Shown here piece by piece: positions 12,901-26,700 of a DNA stretch of 64,000 bases. The notes beneath the pieces are model-generated. The model saw nothing but the letters and a program-made list of their open reading frames with translations. It had not been told where the DNA came from and made no database searches. The DNA is taken from NCBI GenBank assembly GCA_050575255.1, contig JBNZDD010013730.1, forward strand, positions 14,809,560 to 14,873,559, written 5' to 3'. Every line of letters begins with the position of its first letter. The stretch's first letter is position 1. This stretch comes from Harriotta raleighana. Taxonomy: Eukaryota. The position numbers and the translations under genes are program-made.

Positions 12901-15900
12901 CAAGTCCATAGCACTTTATGTTGAAAATACTTTATAGCAAATAAATGACAATCTGTGAACAGAATATTATGGATCTCTAAATTTGATATAGCCGTGAAAA
13001 AGCATGGCGCAGCTAATTTGGTGGAATAGTTTTTTGTAGGTGAGTGAACCACTTGGCTAGAGAACTGGGAGAAACTCCCTTCTCTATTCCAAATATATCT
13101 TTAACATCTACTTGAGGAACAACAGACAGGATCTTTGTGTAACATCTCAGCTAAAGATCTGACAATGCAGCACTCCCAGACTGGAGTTTCATCCAAGAAC
13201 CTTGTCCCTCCTGCCCCCTTTCTGATTTCCAGAATGACAACGTGTCAAGCCGATGTCAAAGATGGAATGCATCAGTACCAAGTCCTATATTCAGTTACTA
13301 TGTTCAGCTTCTTTTCCCTACTATAGACTGTCGGAATGTAATTTTATTATATTAATAACCGTAATTTTGTAAAATATTGTTCTCTGCACTAGATGGTTGT
13401 TCTACAAACCAACATGTTCTTAGATTGCACTTTCAGTTGATGTAGCCTTTTCCTTATTTTGCTTTAGGCAAACCTGACTCCTAACCCCTCCACCGCTTTA
13501 ACTTCTTTACTTCTGAGCAATAGCCAGATCACTTGAACATCATTTTAATACTATTGCAATAATCATATAACTATTACCTGACTCTACAGTGTATAGTTTG
13601 GGACACAACATGTTAAGCGACTGTCAGAATGGTGGAAGGTGAATTAGATGGACTTTGGTCTTCTGTCACCTCGCAAATTCTTATGTTCTTACAATAATTA
13701 TAATAAGTTCAATTGTTGATTACATCTAGATAGTATTTGGGTTGTTTTAATCAAGACTTCAAGAAACAAGTCCATTACCTGTGGTTCAGTCATTGCAGGA
13801 GCCAATGCTCACACCAGGCCATCAACACTAAGTGGGTAAATCATGCAGCTAAAAACATTTAATTAGAGAAGTAAATGTGTGCAGTCAGAGAGTAAATCAT
13901 CAACCTTAAGTCACTTGAGGTTGAATTCCCGGGTGTGCAAGTGACTGCTTGTAGGTTTTGCAATACTTTCCTCAGACAGTTTAACCCTTTAAAAACTTTA
14001 TATTCTAGAGGATTGGTGCCAATGCAAAAACGGACAGTGTACATACCCAGAGGCAAATTCCTCAAAGTAAATAACTGTATATGGGCAGATTAAACTTGCC
14101 TTTCATAACTGGTTGCTAGAGCAACATTGTGTGCTTTGCACTCCTTTCTACAGTGCACTAACACTATTACAGGCACTCTCCCTCTACCCCTGGCATTGTC
14201 CCAACATTCAATCTTGCCGATTTCAACCTCAAACAGCTCTGAGGTATCATAAGGCTGAGTAATTCATTTATCTGGTGACAGAGCAGATTAGCAACTTCCT
14301 GCCATCAGCATATCTAACACAACACACACAACAAAACCACAGAGGAGGGAGCTGCCACACCCATGTAAAGAAGTGGAACCCCAGGTAATGTTTTCACCGA
14401 GGGTCCCCACCCTGACTGACTGACATAGAAGTCTGAATCATCGACAGGCAGCTACACAGCACCATGTTACAAGAATGTGAAGCTTCGAGGTACAAATTTG
14501 ACAGTGTAACATAACAGAAAATTCTGCCGATAGACTCCATGTGTTTCAGGAAACAGGCTCAGGAAAAAAACAAATCTGTACAAATCATAGAAGGTTACGG
14601 CACAGAAGGAGTCTGTGCTGGCTCTTTGACATAGCAATGTCACTTTCATTAACCCCAATCACCAGCTTTCTCCCCATAATGAAGTCTGGAAAAAAAATTA
14701 GGGGTCAGGTGAGCAAGAAGAGCCCCCCGAGAGCGGGTTGTGGGCTGCTGCTGGAGTTTAATCATTTAAAACTCTGTAGCTTCCCATTATGAATACTGTC
14801 TGGCACACTGTTTGGCAAACAGAACACTGGGCTAGATTGCCAAATCGGTTGTGTTCAGGTTACAAAATGTAGCAGTGAGGTACTGTAATGCTCAAGTCAG
14901 GCTGCACCTGGAGTATAGCACAGTTCTAATGGTTGCAACATAAGGGCCCTAGAAGAGGTGCAGAGGAGCCAAACACGTCTGATCGTCAGTATTAGAACAA
15001 CAAACTAAGAGAGCAACAATTAAGACGAGTCGTGCAGCTCAGCGATTAGAACAATTGCCCACAAGCGAGAGACCTGGGTTCAATTCCTGGCAGGGCAAAT
15101 CCTTGGGGAACTTTCCTTGCTCCACATACCTGATAATAATCCATCAAGAAAAAACCCCACAAATAATAACTTGGTCACTTCAATCTATGACTGTTTGTGG
15201 GACACTGCTATGTGCAATTGGCTGCTGCGGTTCGCCCACAAATATTCACTCAATTTACTTTACAGTATATTCTGTGAAGCGCTTTAGGACATCTAGAGAA
15301 CGTTATATCAAAGCACTATATCAAATGCAAGGTTTGTTATTATAATGAGAGAACGTGTCTCAGAGGGGATCTTCTAGAGGCGGATCAAATTTTACATGAA
15401 ATTAAAAAAGTAAAACCAGAACAATACAGTTAATCCTCGTTGAAGGAAGTTTTATCGATTGCGAATTCAAGTAAACCAGAGTTTTTTGTGCAGCGCGCGT
15501 AAAACTTGTGTATACACACTGGCTGGCCCCCATATGCAAGCACACGGGTGAAGACGCCGATAGCTCCCGACTAAATCCGATGATTCCTTGGCTGGCTGGT
15601 CCCACGCGCATGCGCATTTTTCACGAGGCCGGCAGATCCCGACTAAACCGATGATTCCTTGGCTGGCTGGCCCCGCGTGCAATGCATTCCGTGATAAATA
15701 CAATAATGCTTCCCTATTGCATTGCATGATAAACAGAAGAGACAGAGAGACAGGATCCTACAATAATGTAGCCTAATCTACCCTGTTGTTTTATTGCTTT
15801 ACTGCTTAGTTATCACTTTATTACAGCAATGAAGCGACAACAAAGCTGCTGTAAGCTTTCTGTCTCCTGTCCCAACCACCTGCAGCGTTCTGCCCACCGC

Positions 15901-17755
15901 TCGCCTCCGAGCGGTTCTCTGCCCCCCACCTCCACGAATCCCCCCGCCACCGATCGACTCTCTGTCCCTCACCTCCCCGCCCCCGATCAACTCACTGCCC
16001 CCCACCTCCCCGAATCCCCCCCACATCCGAGCAGCTCTCTGTTCCCTCCCCCCCCACCTGCCTGCCGCTCTCCCCGATTTCTCTCTGCCTCCCTCCCAGG
16101 CTGCCCTGATTTTGCCCCTGATTCGCCCTGGGTAGTAGGAGAGGCGAGAGCAGGAAGTGTGGGGGGAGGTGGGAGAGCAACAAGAGCGGGGAGAGGCGGG
16201 AGGAACAAGGAATGGGCCAGCCAGCTATAGCCTGCCTCAGTAGGTACCTTGCATCAGATGTGCTGGTGGCTTGAGATGGATAGCCTGCGACTGGATTCCC
16301 CTAACCTTTCCTTTTCCCATTACTTCTTAAGCTTCTCCAACGTGATTTCGTTGAGTGCGTAGTTTCCCAGGAGCGTAACCCCCGCAATCGGTGAGGGTTA
16401 ACTGTACTTAAAAGAATGCACCAAAATTGTAGAACAAGTTGACAAAAGTCCAATCTTGGTCTCACCAAGAAGTTTTTCTTTACTCAGAGGATAATTACCA
16501 ACTAAAACAGGTTGCAAGAACGGATAGTCGAGGATAACATGCTGAATATATATTTTTTAAAAACATTTGAAGCTGTGATCGGAGGAAGATATAAGGTGAC
16601 ACCTCCCTGGTCATGCAAGTTTAGGGCAGAGCTTAAATGTACAAAGGAAAGATACAGAGTGCTGTATAGTCTCACACTAACACACCCTCAAAAGCAGAAA
16701 TATCGCAAAGAACAGTCTGAGGTTTTGGAGAGATTGGAAACATTTGACTAGTTTGGAACTTTAGTTAAGTCTGTTTATGATATATGCAGAATACAAGAAT
16801 CAGATTTTGCACACTAGTCCGTGGCCAATTGCCATAAACTCTTCATCCACAAATTATTTTAAAAAAACTATAATAAAAAATTGGTCATTTCAATCCACAA
16901 CTGTTTGTGGAACACTGTTGTGCTCAATTGGCTGCTGCGTTTCACCCACAAATATACAGTCAATTCACTTTACTGTATATTCTGTGAAGCGCTTTGAGAT
17001 GTCCAGAAGACGTGAAAAGCGCTATATCAAAATGCAAGGATTATTATTAGTATTATAAGCGCAGATTATACAAGTGTAGAATGGGAAATTCTCTTCCTGA
17101 AATAAGAAAGATTTTCCCTTTGATTTGGGAACAAATATGTTGACTCTGTGTACAGAATGAAAACTGAACTTGCTTTTTGCAGCCATACTCCCCCCCCCCC
17201 ACCCACCCCCTTTTCCCCGCCATTTTTTACGTACCAACTAGCTCCTGGGGATTCTTCTTTTCCACATCAACAATTTCCTGAAAGAAAAGAAAACACTTCA
17301 GTCAGTGGACAGACTGGATGGAGTCCATTCATCCAACATTGCTACATAACACAGTAGGGAAGAGATACATCCAGCAGAGTGTGTGACTGAGATGACAGTA
17401 TTGGTACTGTACTGTAATAGACTGTATCCAGTACTTGAGTGAAAATGGAACAGACCAAAATCATGTTTTCTGGCACACTAAGTAATATTTTAATAACCCA
17501 TAGTAGCAGGGCTTTTGATGTGAAGTCTGGTCTTGGGAAAGGAGAGAGAGAAGAAAGAGTATGTATGTCCATGAATTAGGTAAGTCCATGAGGCTACTTA
17601 TAGATGGAAATAATTATGACAAAGACTTTTCTGGCACAGAATGGTTTGAGATTCTGGAAAACAACAACTATAACCACACGAATAAATGGACACAAGTGTT
17701 TATCCAGTCACAAAACAGTAGAGGAATTCATTCTGAAACCACAGCACCTGAGCTT

Positions 17756-17786
<31 letters not shown>

Positions 17787-20700
17787 GGGGGGGGGGNGAG
17801 GGGCGAAGAGAGAGAGAGAGGATTCAGGTTTGAAACAGGTACTTGTGCCAATAGATCATTGGAACTTGAAAACAAGTTTGCGGCATATTACACAACCTAC
17901 TGTTATCTATATTGTCCACCAAACAAGATTTACTACTGCAGGTTTGTGAAAAAGTTTTAGCCTCTTTCACCTGGCAGCCCATTTATTAACTTTCCTCTCT
18001 AAATAACACTCTTCCCTCATTCATCAAGCTCCTGAACTCCACGCACTTGCTACTCCAGTCATTTCAAAGGAGAGGGCTCAGATTCCTCCAGCCTGGGGCT
18101 TCTTCACAGTGCGTCAGAGGTCAACACTCTCACTGAGAAACACATCAAACAAACATCACAACGGGTTGTAGTATACAGGGTTACACAGATATTCTGTAGT
18201 TTGGCACCATTTATATTTGAGGGCAAGAGAATTTTTAGTTTCCTCGGGAGATGAAATGGTTTGGGTGGGGTCTATGGTGGGTAGGATTACATTCTGGCAA
18301 TTGTGCTCGATAAGGTTTTCTCGTTTTTTTAAAGCTTTTCTATAATCTGACCCGTTGAAAGATTGTGAGACGTTAGAACCCTAGTGCTTTTTCTGCTTCC
18401 TTCCAAAAACTTTCCTCTCCCTAAATTCCTCTATCATGCACCCTCCTTCTCTGCTTCTGTCACTTCCCACTCCCACCTTCAATCCTGTTTGGGATTTGTC
18501 TCATGAGATTTGTAGATGTTTTCCTGTGTGAAAGGCTCTATACAAGTACAAGTTTTTGCATACATCATTATGCAAAATCATTATGAATTTTGAAACTGAA
18601 GGCTTTCAGAGGAGAGGATGAAAGAGCAGCAAAGCTCCGACACTGAACAGCTATGTAGAAACAGGTAATGAGTCACACAATAATATAATAATCCTTGCAT
18701 TTGATATAGCACCTTTTCACACCTTTGAGACGAGGCTCTCAATGTCCCACAGTCATGGATTGAACTGATCAATTTATTGTTATTATCATTGTTTAGGCTA
18801 TGTATGACCAGAACAAATTTGCATTTCTATAACGCCTTTCATTTCAGGAGAATGTATCAAGGCACTGCTGAGGGTTTGCACTGTATAAAGTGATGATCCA
18901 CCATGTCCACCTCCTCCAAGCTCATTTTGTTTAAAGAGTGCGTGTCTTATACTTTACTGAAATAGCTTTTGTAAACATTGAGTAATTTCAGCAGACATGC
19001 CTTTCATTCCCCTTCTGACAACTGTATAGTGAATTAATTACTGCTAATTGCCTAATGTTTGCCTCTGCGGGGAATTGAGGAGATTGGCAAAGGATGCAAT
19101 TAGATAATGCTAACATATAAATTGTACAGGGCAACCAAAAAGTCAAGATACCATTACAACGTCAAATAAGTCTTAAAGAAATGATGAAGAAATAAAGTTA
19201 TGTTTTGAGCACCCTGAACTTGTGAAATTGGGTAGACACCAAATTACCATTTGTGTGTGTGTGTCTGATGATTGATGGGTTGAACACCCTGACTAAATTC
19301 TGCACAGGCTTGCAGTACAAAAAACATATACAGGCAGTCCTCTAGTTACGACGTTTCGAGGTACGACAATTCAAAGTTACGGCACTTAAAATCAGTAAAA
19401 TTACGTCCGAGTTACATCCAAGTTCTCGAAGTTACGACACTACTATGTAAATACTTTAGTTGCCCCACGCGCGATAGAAAACTGGAGTCGCCGCTCTCAA
19501 CACTTACGGGACCACGATACGCGTTCAGGANNGAGGATGATGGTGGTGCCACCCCATGTTGGAACTGTGACTGATATCACCTGGTGGGTTGTCATTTGAC
19601 ATCAGTTAATACAACCCTGTATGACTATTATCAGTTATATAATCTGGAATTGTATACTTTTCCTTTATTTGTCTTTTGATTCATTGTTTCCATGGTTTAT
19701 GCATGGCTTATTACCCATTATAAACAACAACAAAATTACATTTATATAGCTCCTTTCACATCGGGAGGACGTCCCAAGGCACTGAACAGGAATACTGATG
19801 GGCAGAAAAAGGAAACATCCTCTCTACTTCACAGGCTCAATGTATATATTTTTGCAGATCTGGTGATATTTCTAAATGTTAGAAGTTCTGGCTTTCAGCT
19901 AGCTGGTTTGTAGCCCTAACCTAAGTGTCACAAATCATTCTATTGAATTTGCAATTGACTGAACTAGATTTACTTCAATCAATCAATCAAAACTTACATT
20001 TATACAGCACCTTTCACGTCAGGAGGACATCCCAAGGTGCTGAACAGTTAGGTAGGGACCAGTACATACATTTCATTCACACCAATGTAAACTTTATTTC
20101 TGTATACCAAGTGTGATGAAAATGTGGAATGCATTGCCTCAAAAGACTGTAGAGGGAGAATCAATCATGGCATGTATAAAGATTTATTTAGATGATGAGG
20201 GGCTTGGACTAAAGTCAGGAAAATGTATTAAAAGATCTGTTAAGGTGTGATAAGCTGGTGAACTAGGGTCACTAAGCTCAACCCTTCAAGTTCTTATAAC
20301 AGTGAAACAGGAAATTCAATCCATCAGCAGAACCCTATCTAGTGGCATTTTGTCAAATATAGGAATGGATGAAAGCAGCCAAAATAGTGTTGCTAATTAT
20401 GAAGTTCCTCAAATTAATACTGTGACAGAAATAAAACAAAATCTCTCAATTTTTATAGTGCTCTTCGTTTGGATAATAAAGGGTGGGTCAGGGATAAGGT
20501 GGAGGGACTTCAGAGTGCAGGGGCAAAATAAGACAGTGGAGGAAATTGAACGTCAATCACTTATCTGCAGCCAAAAATTTTTTTGCAAAAAACAACATCA
20601 TATGGAGACTTGACCTGAAGTGCCAGTAGCTAAGTGCCAATCGGTAGAGCTATAGGAGCAGGCGTTCGTAGGAGATGGATGTTGTACTACATGNATTATT

Positions 20701-23700
20701 TGCAAAAAACATCATATGGAGACTTGACCTGAAGTGCCAGTAGCTAAGTGCCAATCAGTAGAGCTATAGGAGCAGGCGTTCGTAGGAGATGGATGTTGTA
20801 CTACATGGGTTTTACGGGCAAACCCAGACATGATACTGTCTAATCGGATTGTAAGACACGTTCCTGCTCGATCAGCACAGGAGACTTCACTCCACTTTTG
20901 AGCACTTTGAGATGAGCCTGCATTCACTTGCAGGTCAATACATGCACTTCAGTACGTTAGCACGGGAATGACTGAACAACTTCAACACTGAACAGCATCT
21001 CATCGATTGCAGTGTTCAATCTAGCTACAGCCCCATGTACCACACAGCTGCCTTATGGTTCAGCCATGGGGTTGTGCTGTCTGGTTACTTCCATTTCCTG
21101 TCTGACAATTTTGGAGACATTTTGTTGATAAAATCAAAATGCTTGAATCTTTTCCGAAAAGAATGTTGCAACAGTCCATTTTGGAATGAATGATGCGTCC
21201 CGTATGGTCAGATGGCAAGAGATTTAATTCAGATGGGACTAGATAGAAAAAGCTGCAGCTTTGAGGGAGTATGTGAGCACTTACTAGCAACAAGAGTTGG
21301 TGGAATCTGACCACATGCCCAATCAAAAAAGCTCTTTAAGTAGGAAACGATTGGGAGGAGAGTGAGTACCGCTTGGAGATCAACTCCCACCCCAACAATC
21401 CTTGAATTTTATATAGCTCCTGTAGCCCCCACCACCAACATTAAAGGTACAAAGGTTCCATGGTTTCCTGTAGCTCAATGGTTAGAGCCTTGCAAGCGAA
21501 AGACTTGGGTTAATTTCCAGGCAGGATGAATCCTTGGGCAAGTTACCTTACTCAACACGCCTGATAATGATCCCCCAAGAAAAAAAGAAAAAATTTGGTC
21601 ATTTCCATCCATGACTGTTTGTGGGACACTACTGTGCACAATTGGCTGCTGTGTTTCATCCACAAAATATACAGTCAATTTACTTTACAGTATATTCTAT
21701 GAAGCGCTTTGAGACGTCTAGAAGACAAGGTCTATATCGAATGCAAGGATTATTATTATTACATTATCAAGCTCAAGGATTGCTAGTAAAAGAAGTTGAC
21801 ACCATAAAGTAGAAGAACCATGAATTTGAAGTAGGAGCACAAATGGTATTCATAAAAATGGGCTGCTCTCATTGCTTCTCAGACCTCTGCTGGAAGGAGG
21901 ATCCATTGAAAGCAAAGAGAATCCAGGACCTGGCACTCACTCCATTCAGCTACAAAATAATCAGCCATAAGACTTTACAATAAATACAGTGAAGCACTCA
22001 AGAGCGGTCATCCAAAGTGAAAGGTTGCTAACTACATCAAATGCAAGGATTAATCAGCAGTTAAGAACTGATTTCTAGGAAGAGTGGTTGACACAGGGAT
22101 AATGGAGTTAATTAAGAAACAGCTTGATATTGAAAAATAGTGTTGGCATTCTGGAGAAATTACATCAAATTGGCTATATTCATCTGAACCTCTCTGGTCT
22201 TGTGAGATAAAGATTAACCTAACCTCGGGACCCAGTGCGTGACTGACCGAAGAACAAACTAGCCTTTTCTGATAATCCTGAATCGTTTGCTTTTTCAATC
22301 ATACTGTGCTGAGTTAGGCCCTAACATACATTGTCCAGTAAGTTACTGCAGCTGTTACCAGCCACACCTACAGCAACTATTCTCCAGCATTTTCCAGTAC
22401 ATAGCTGCTGGCAATGAGGTTTGTTTCAGCTTGTATAGGTCGGGCAGGCAAGGAGAGGCTCACAGGTAATCATACTCTGTACTTTTTAGGGATAAACACA
22501 TATAGACACAAACAATTGAGTTCTGACGAAGGGTTGTGGACCCGAAATGTTGACTCATCCAACTTCTGTGTGTTTTTCAGATTCCCAGCATTTGTAGTAT
22601 TTTGTATTTTGTTTAGACACAAACAACATTCACTGAAGAAAGTTCCCTACAAAATACTTATGTGCATTTTGTTCATGCACTAGATGCCATGGAAAGAGAT
22701 TTTCCAGTAAATCTTGTGTAGCTCAAGACATTTGAAAAAAAAATTTCAAGACATTCTCCAGATTTTTTTTTGACATGAAAGGTACTACAGTATTATCAAA
22801 AGCAAGGATTGTTATTAAAGAAGTTTACATAGGTTCTGTACAGTATAGGAACTGTGAATTTGAACTAAATGACTATTGTCCTGTGGGGAGGGATTTTAAT
22901 GCGCAGTTACATCCACTAATTGAAGATTCATTGTTTGTCAAAGATACTTTACACTTTATTTCAAATTTACATTATATTCTGTGAAGCGCTTGAGACGCCT
23001 AGAAGACGTGAAAAGTGCTACATCAAATGCAAGGATTATTAATATTATTATATCTATCTTTCCTGATGACTTACTATCTATGCTGTTAAATAACATTGCT
23101 GGTTCTAGAGGTTGCGAAACCAACATAAGAAAGTAGTTTCCTCACAGCCTCCAGAGAAGCACAATGAACACTGACTCCCACAGAGCAATTGCTATTTCTC
23201 CCGAGTCACGGGTGAAGCTGCAGAGATCAACGTGGGATGTTTGAATCACAAATTTTTATTGACTTCACCAATCCTTTCAGAAGGTTCAGCTGTCATAAGA
23301 ATCTGGCCCAAGTTATCCAGAGAGGAGTGAGGTTGCAGAAGACCAGAGAAATGGGGAGGTGCTAGGAGGGTTTATAGGTGAGGGTGATTACTTCTAAAGC
23401 TCAAAGAGCACAACAATAAAATCTCCTACAATACAATCAATGCTATTAATAAATTATTAACCTACTTAGATCAATTTCCGGTATTAACCCTGCAGGTCAT
23501 TCTTAATCACCTCAATTTCTTCCCACCATAACATCCCAGTGTTCCAAGCGGTATTTCTCTCTCACGAGCTTCTCCACACACACTCCTCTGTTTACCTAGC
23601 AGTAATTAGGAAGCTGGTTGTTAATTGATTCAGGGTTTGCTTTCCCTGAATCAATTAATAAACCCTCTAAAAACAGTAATAATTTGGTCACTCAATCCAC

Positions 23701-26700
23701 AACTGGCTGCCGTGTTTCACCCACACAAATATAGTCAATTCACTTTGCAGTATATTCTGTGAAGCACTTTGAAATGTCTCGATGGTGATAAGGCGCTGTA
23801 GCAAATGCAAGATTATATAACTTTACAAGTGGCCACTGTATGAGAATGTCTCATACTTTACTGATATCTATTGAGGAGTGTGCGATTGAGTAGTTTGCTG
23901 GTGACTCACTTTATGGCTGTTTGTGGGATTTTGCGCAATTGGCTGCCTCATTTGTCTACCCAATACACAGACACTATTCTTCACAGGAAAATCCAACAAA
24001 GCTTTGAGACATAACGATAAGGTGACCATGACCTAAATCAAAATACAAGGATTATCAATATATTCAGACTTTGTACAATGTATTGTACCATAAAAAATAG
24101 ACTGTGGAAAACATTCACTCCCTGTTTCTGGAACATGATTGAGCACGAATCAGCTGCTGCATTCACCCACAAAATACAGTCTCTACCCTTTACTGAACTT
24201 AGTGAAGCAGTTTGTGACACTCCTGAGTTTAAAGGTGCAAGATGTTTATTGTAATTCAAACTAGCGAGAGTGTGAAAAGTCCTAGATAAGATTGTGGGAG
24301 CTGCTACTATCAACAGTAGAATGACAGACGAGTTCTGCTCCCAGAATCTATAAAGATTTGCCAATCCATTTCACACAGAAGGACTGTATGAAGCCCAGAC
24401 ACTGCCATCTACTGGAACAAACTGTTGAAATAGAGTCCACTAGCATACAAACAGGAGTTCAACACGGTACAATAATTAAGTCCACAAAATCCCAACCAGT
24501 CATAAATTAGCACAGTTGCTGGTCAGTGTTTCTGCATTCACTGCATGTAGTCATGTGCCATTACCTCTTTCTGCACACTATACAACCTTCTTTTTACTGT
24601 TCAAGACTTTCCCAATCAACAAAATAACATAAGAAAAGCTAGGCTCAAAAGGATCACTTCACCCATTCAATTTCACCCCTTCAGTAACAGCCTGTAAATA
24701 GGTTTTGAACTGTTTTGTCTCTTCCATTGCTAATTATTCCAAATATTAATTCATTCTGAGTAAAGTAAATTTCAAGTCTGCACTAGTCAGATGTTTAATG
24801 GTCAATTAATGTCTATCCTGGGGGGGGCGGGGCAGGGGAAGGAAATCATGCTCTTTGGGATTGAGCTAGCTTCAAGGTGACACACCTGGCAATGGAATAT
24901 CAGAATCAAATCGATCCTCTGTTGTAGCCTTGGTAGTCTGACCATAGTAAGGCAGGTCCACACTATTGCAGGACACTATTGATGAAGGACCAGTCAGCCT
25001 GATTTGTCAACAGTTCATATAGCTGGCCAGTGTCTGCAGGCTAGGATTGTGTGCTTTCAGTGATTGTCTAAATAAAACTTTCTCATAGTTCAAAGTATAT
25101 TTGTGCAGTTAATAATCAATGTAAAAAGTGTAGCCTCAGAAAGACAGTAATCCAAAATCTGAAGCACCTGAAGATAATACTCAGTTGAAAAATTATGCAT
25201 TTTCTAAAGATTGACACAGCTTCTAAACCTCAGTCCCTTTACCAATACCTAAGAAGGAACACCAAATGTTTGCAAAACACAAATAAATCAAGAGAATGAA
25301 TCAATCTCTGCAGGACGTTGAAATATTGAAATATTGCCCAGATTCTCAATAAACAGCTGAACAATTCTGGGATTCTTGTTAAATGCGGGGATGTGATGTA
25401 AGAGACTAAATGAATCAAATCTTACGCATGTCCAATCTATAGGAAAACACATTGTGCTGATGATATTAGTGCAAGAAAATGCAAGGATTATTAGTAAGAA
25501 TCCTGATTACTTGCTTCCTGTTTGTTCTTCCTGTGGTTCCATTATATGCTATATGTTACACATAAGCTGCACAAAAGATCAAATACTGAACTCATTTGGA
25601 ATGAAGTTATCAGGACAGTGTTGTACTGTGTGATCAAGTACTGCCTCAGATGCCGGTCAAAATTCTCTCTCAAGATCTACTAGCCTGCTTTATGAACAGA
25701 AAGAGTACATTTTCAAAATTTACAACGCACTGCTTCCCATTCGTTTCCACTGCAATTGTAAAAAGAACAGGAAAGGGTATAGGAAAATTGATTGTAACTG
25801 CCCACTTTGCATGCAATATGTGTGTATTATGCACTTTCAGAGTTTGTGTGGCTCATTGGTTCCATGCTTGTTCCTGTAGTTTTGTTTTCAACAAAAAAGT
25901 CTTTGTCTGGGATGTCTTTTCAATGTGAAGGGTGTTAAGTGTAACTATGTTGCTGTTGTTATCATACTCTGTTAGATTTAAATAGTACCTTTACACCATC
26001 CATTTCCAGCAGCTCAGTTTCTGAATCTTCACCTTCCTACAAGACAAGAGTTTTTATAAGGTTACATTATGTTGATGGCCTGACTGCTGCACTCTGCAGA
26101 TCAGAACTACTCTCTTCAGACAAATGACAGATAGCATGAGACTGTTTCACACTGTCTACTAAATAATGCACATGCTCAAGTTTCCAGTTTTATCACACCA
26201 TTCTATTCCCTCACATATCACTTACCAGTTGGCTGCTGCTGTCGTCATCCTCGTCTTCATCCACCTCGTCCGTCTCCTCCAGCCGGCTGATATCATCCTC
26301 TCCATATCCGGCTGACACCAGCCCTCCTTTCTCTTCTGCAAAAGAAAAAACAGAACTATTCACTGCTCTCCAGACTCATCTGGTCCGTGCAAAATTCTTA
26401 TCTAATCTCAGAATAATAATAAGAATTTGATTACTGCATTTGGATATTGCGTTTTTTATATCTTCTAGACGTCTCAAAGCTCTTCACAGAATGTACTGTA
26501 AAGTAAATTAACTGTACATTTGTGGTCGAAACGTGGCACCCAATTGCGCACAGCAGAGTCCCAAAAACAGCAGCTTCCCAAAAACAGCAGAGTCCCAAAA
26601 ACAGCAGCTTCCCAAAAACAGCAGAGTCCCAAAAACAGCAGCGTCCCAAAAACAGCAGAGTCCCAAAAACAGAGGCGTCCCAAAACGGCCGTGGGTTGAA

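Noticed and set aside
15829-16230. Pro/Gly-rich ORFs in a GC-rich patch
   Set aside because: Low-complexity interior of the Tigger-like element 15427-16404; no transposase motifs.
18610-18664. Exon-like + strand segment (ttcag..AACAG|gtaatg)
   Set aside because: Isolated, no partner exons found, on the wrong strand for SAP30BP, whose exon set is already complete.
20573-20808. ~115-bp tandem duplication
   Set aside because: n at the junction (20694); likely duplicated contig ends.
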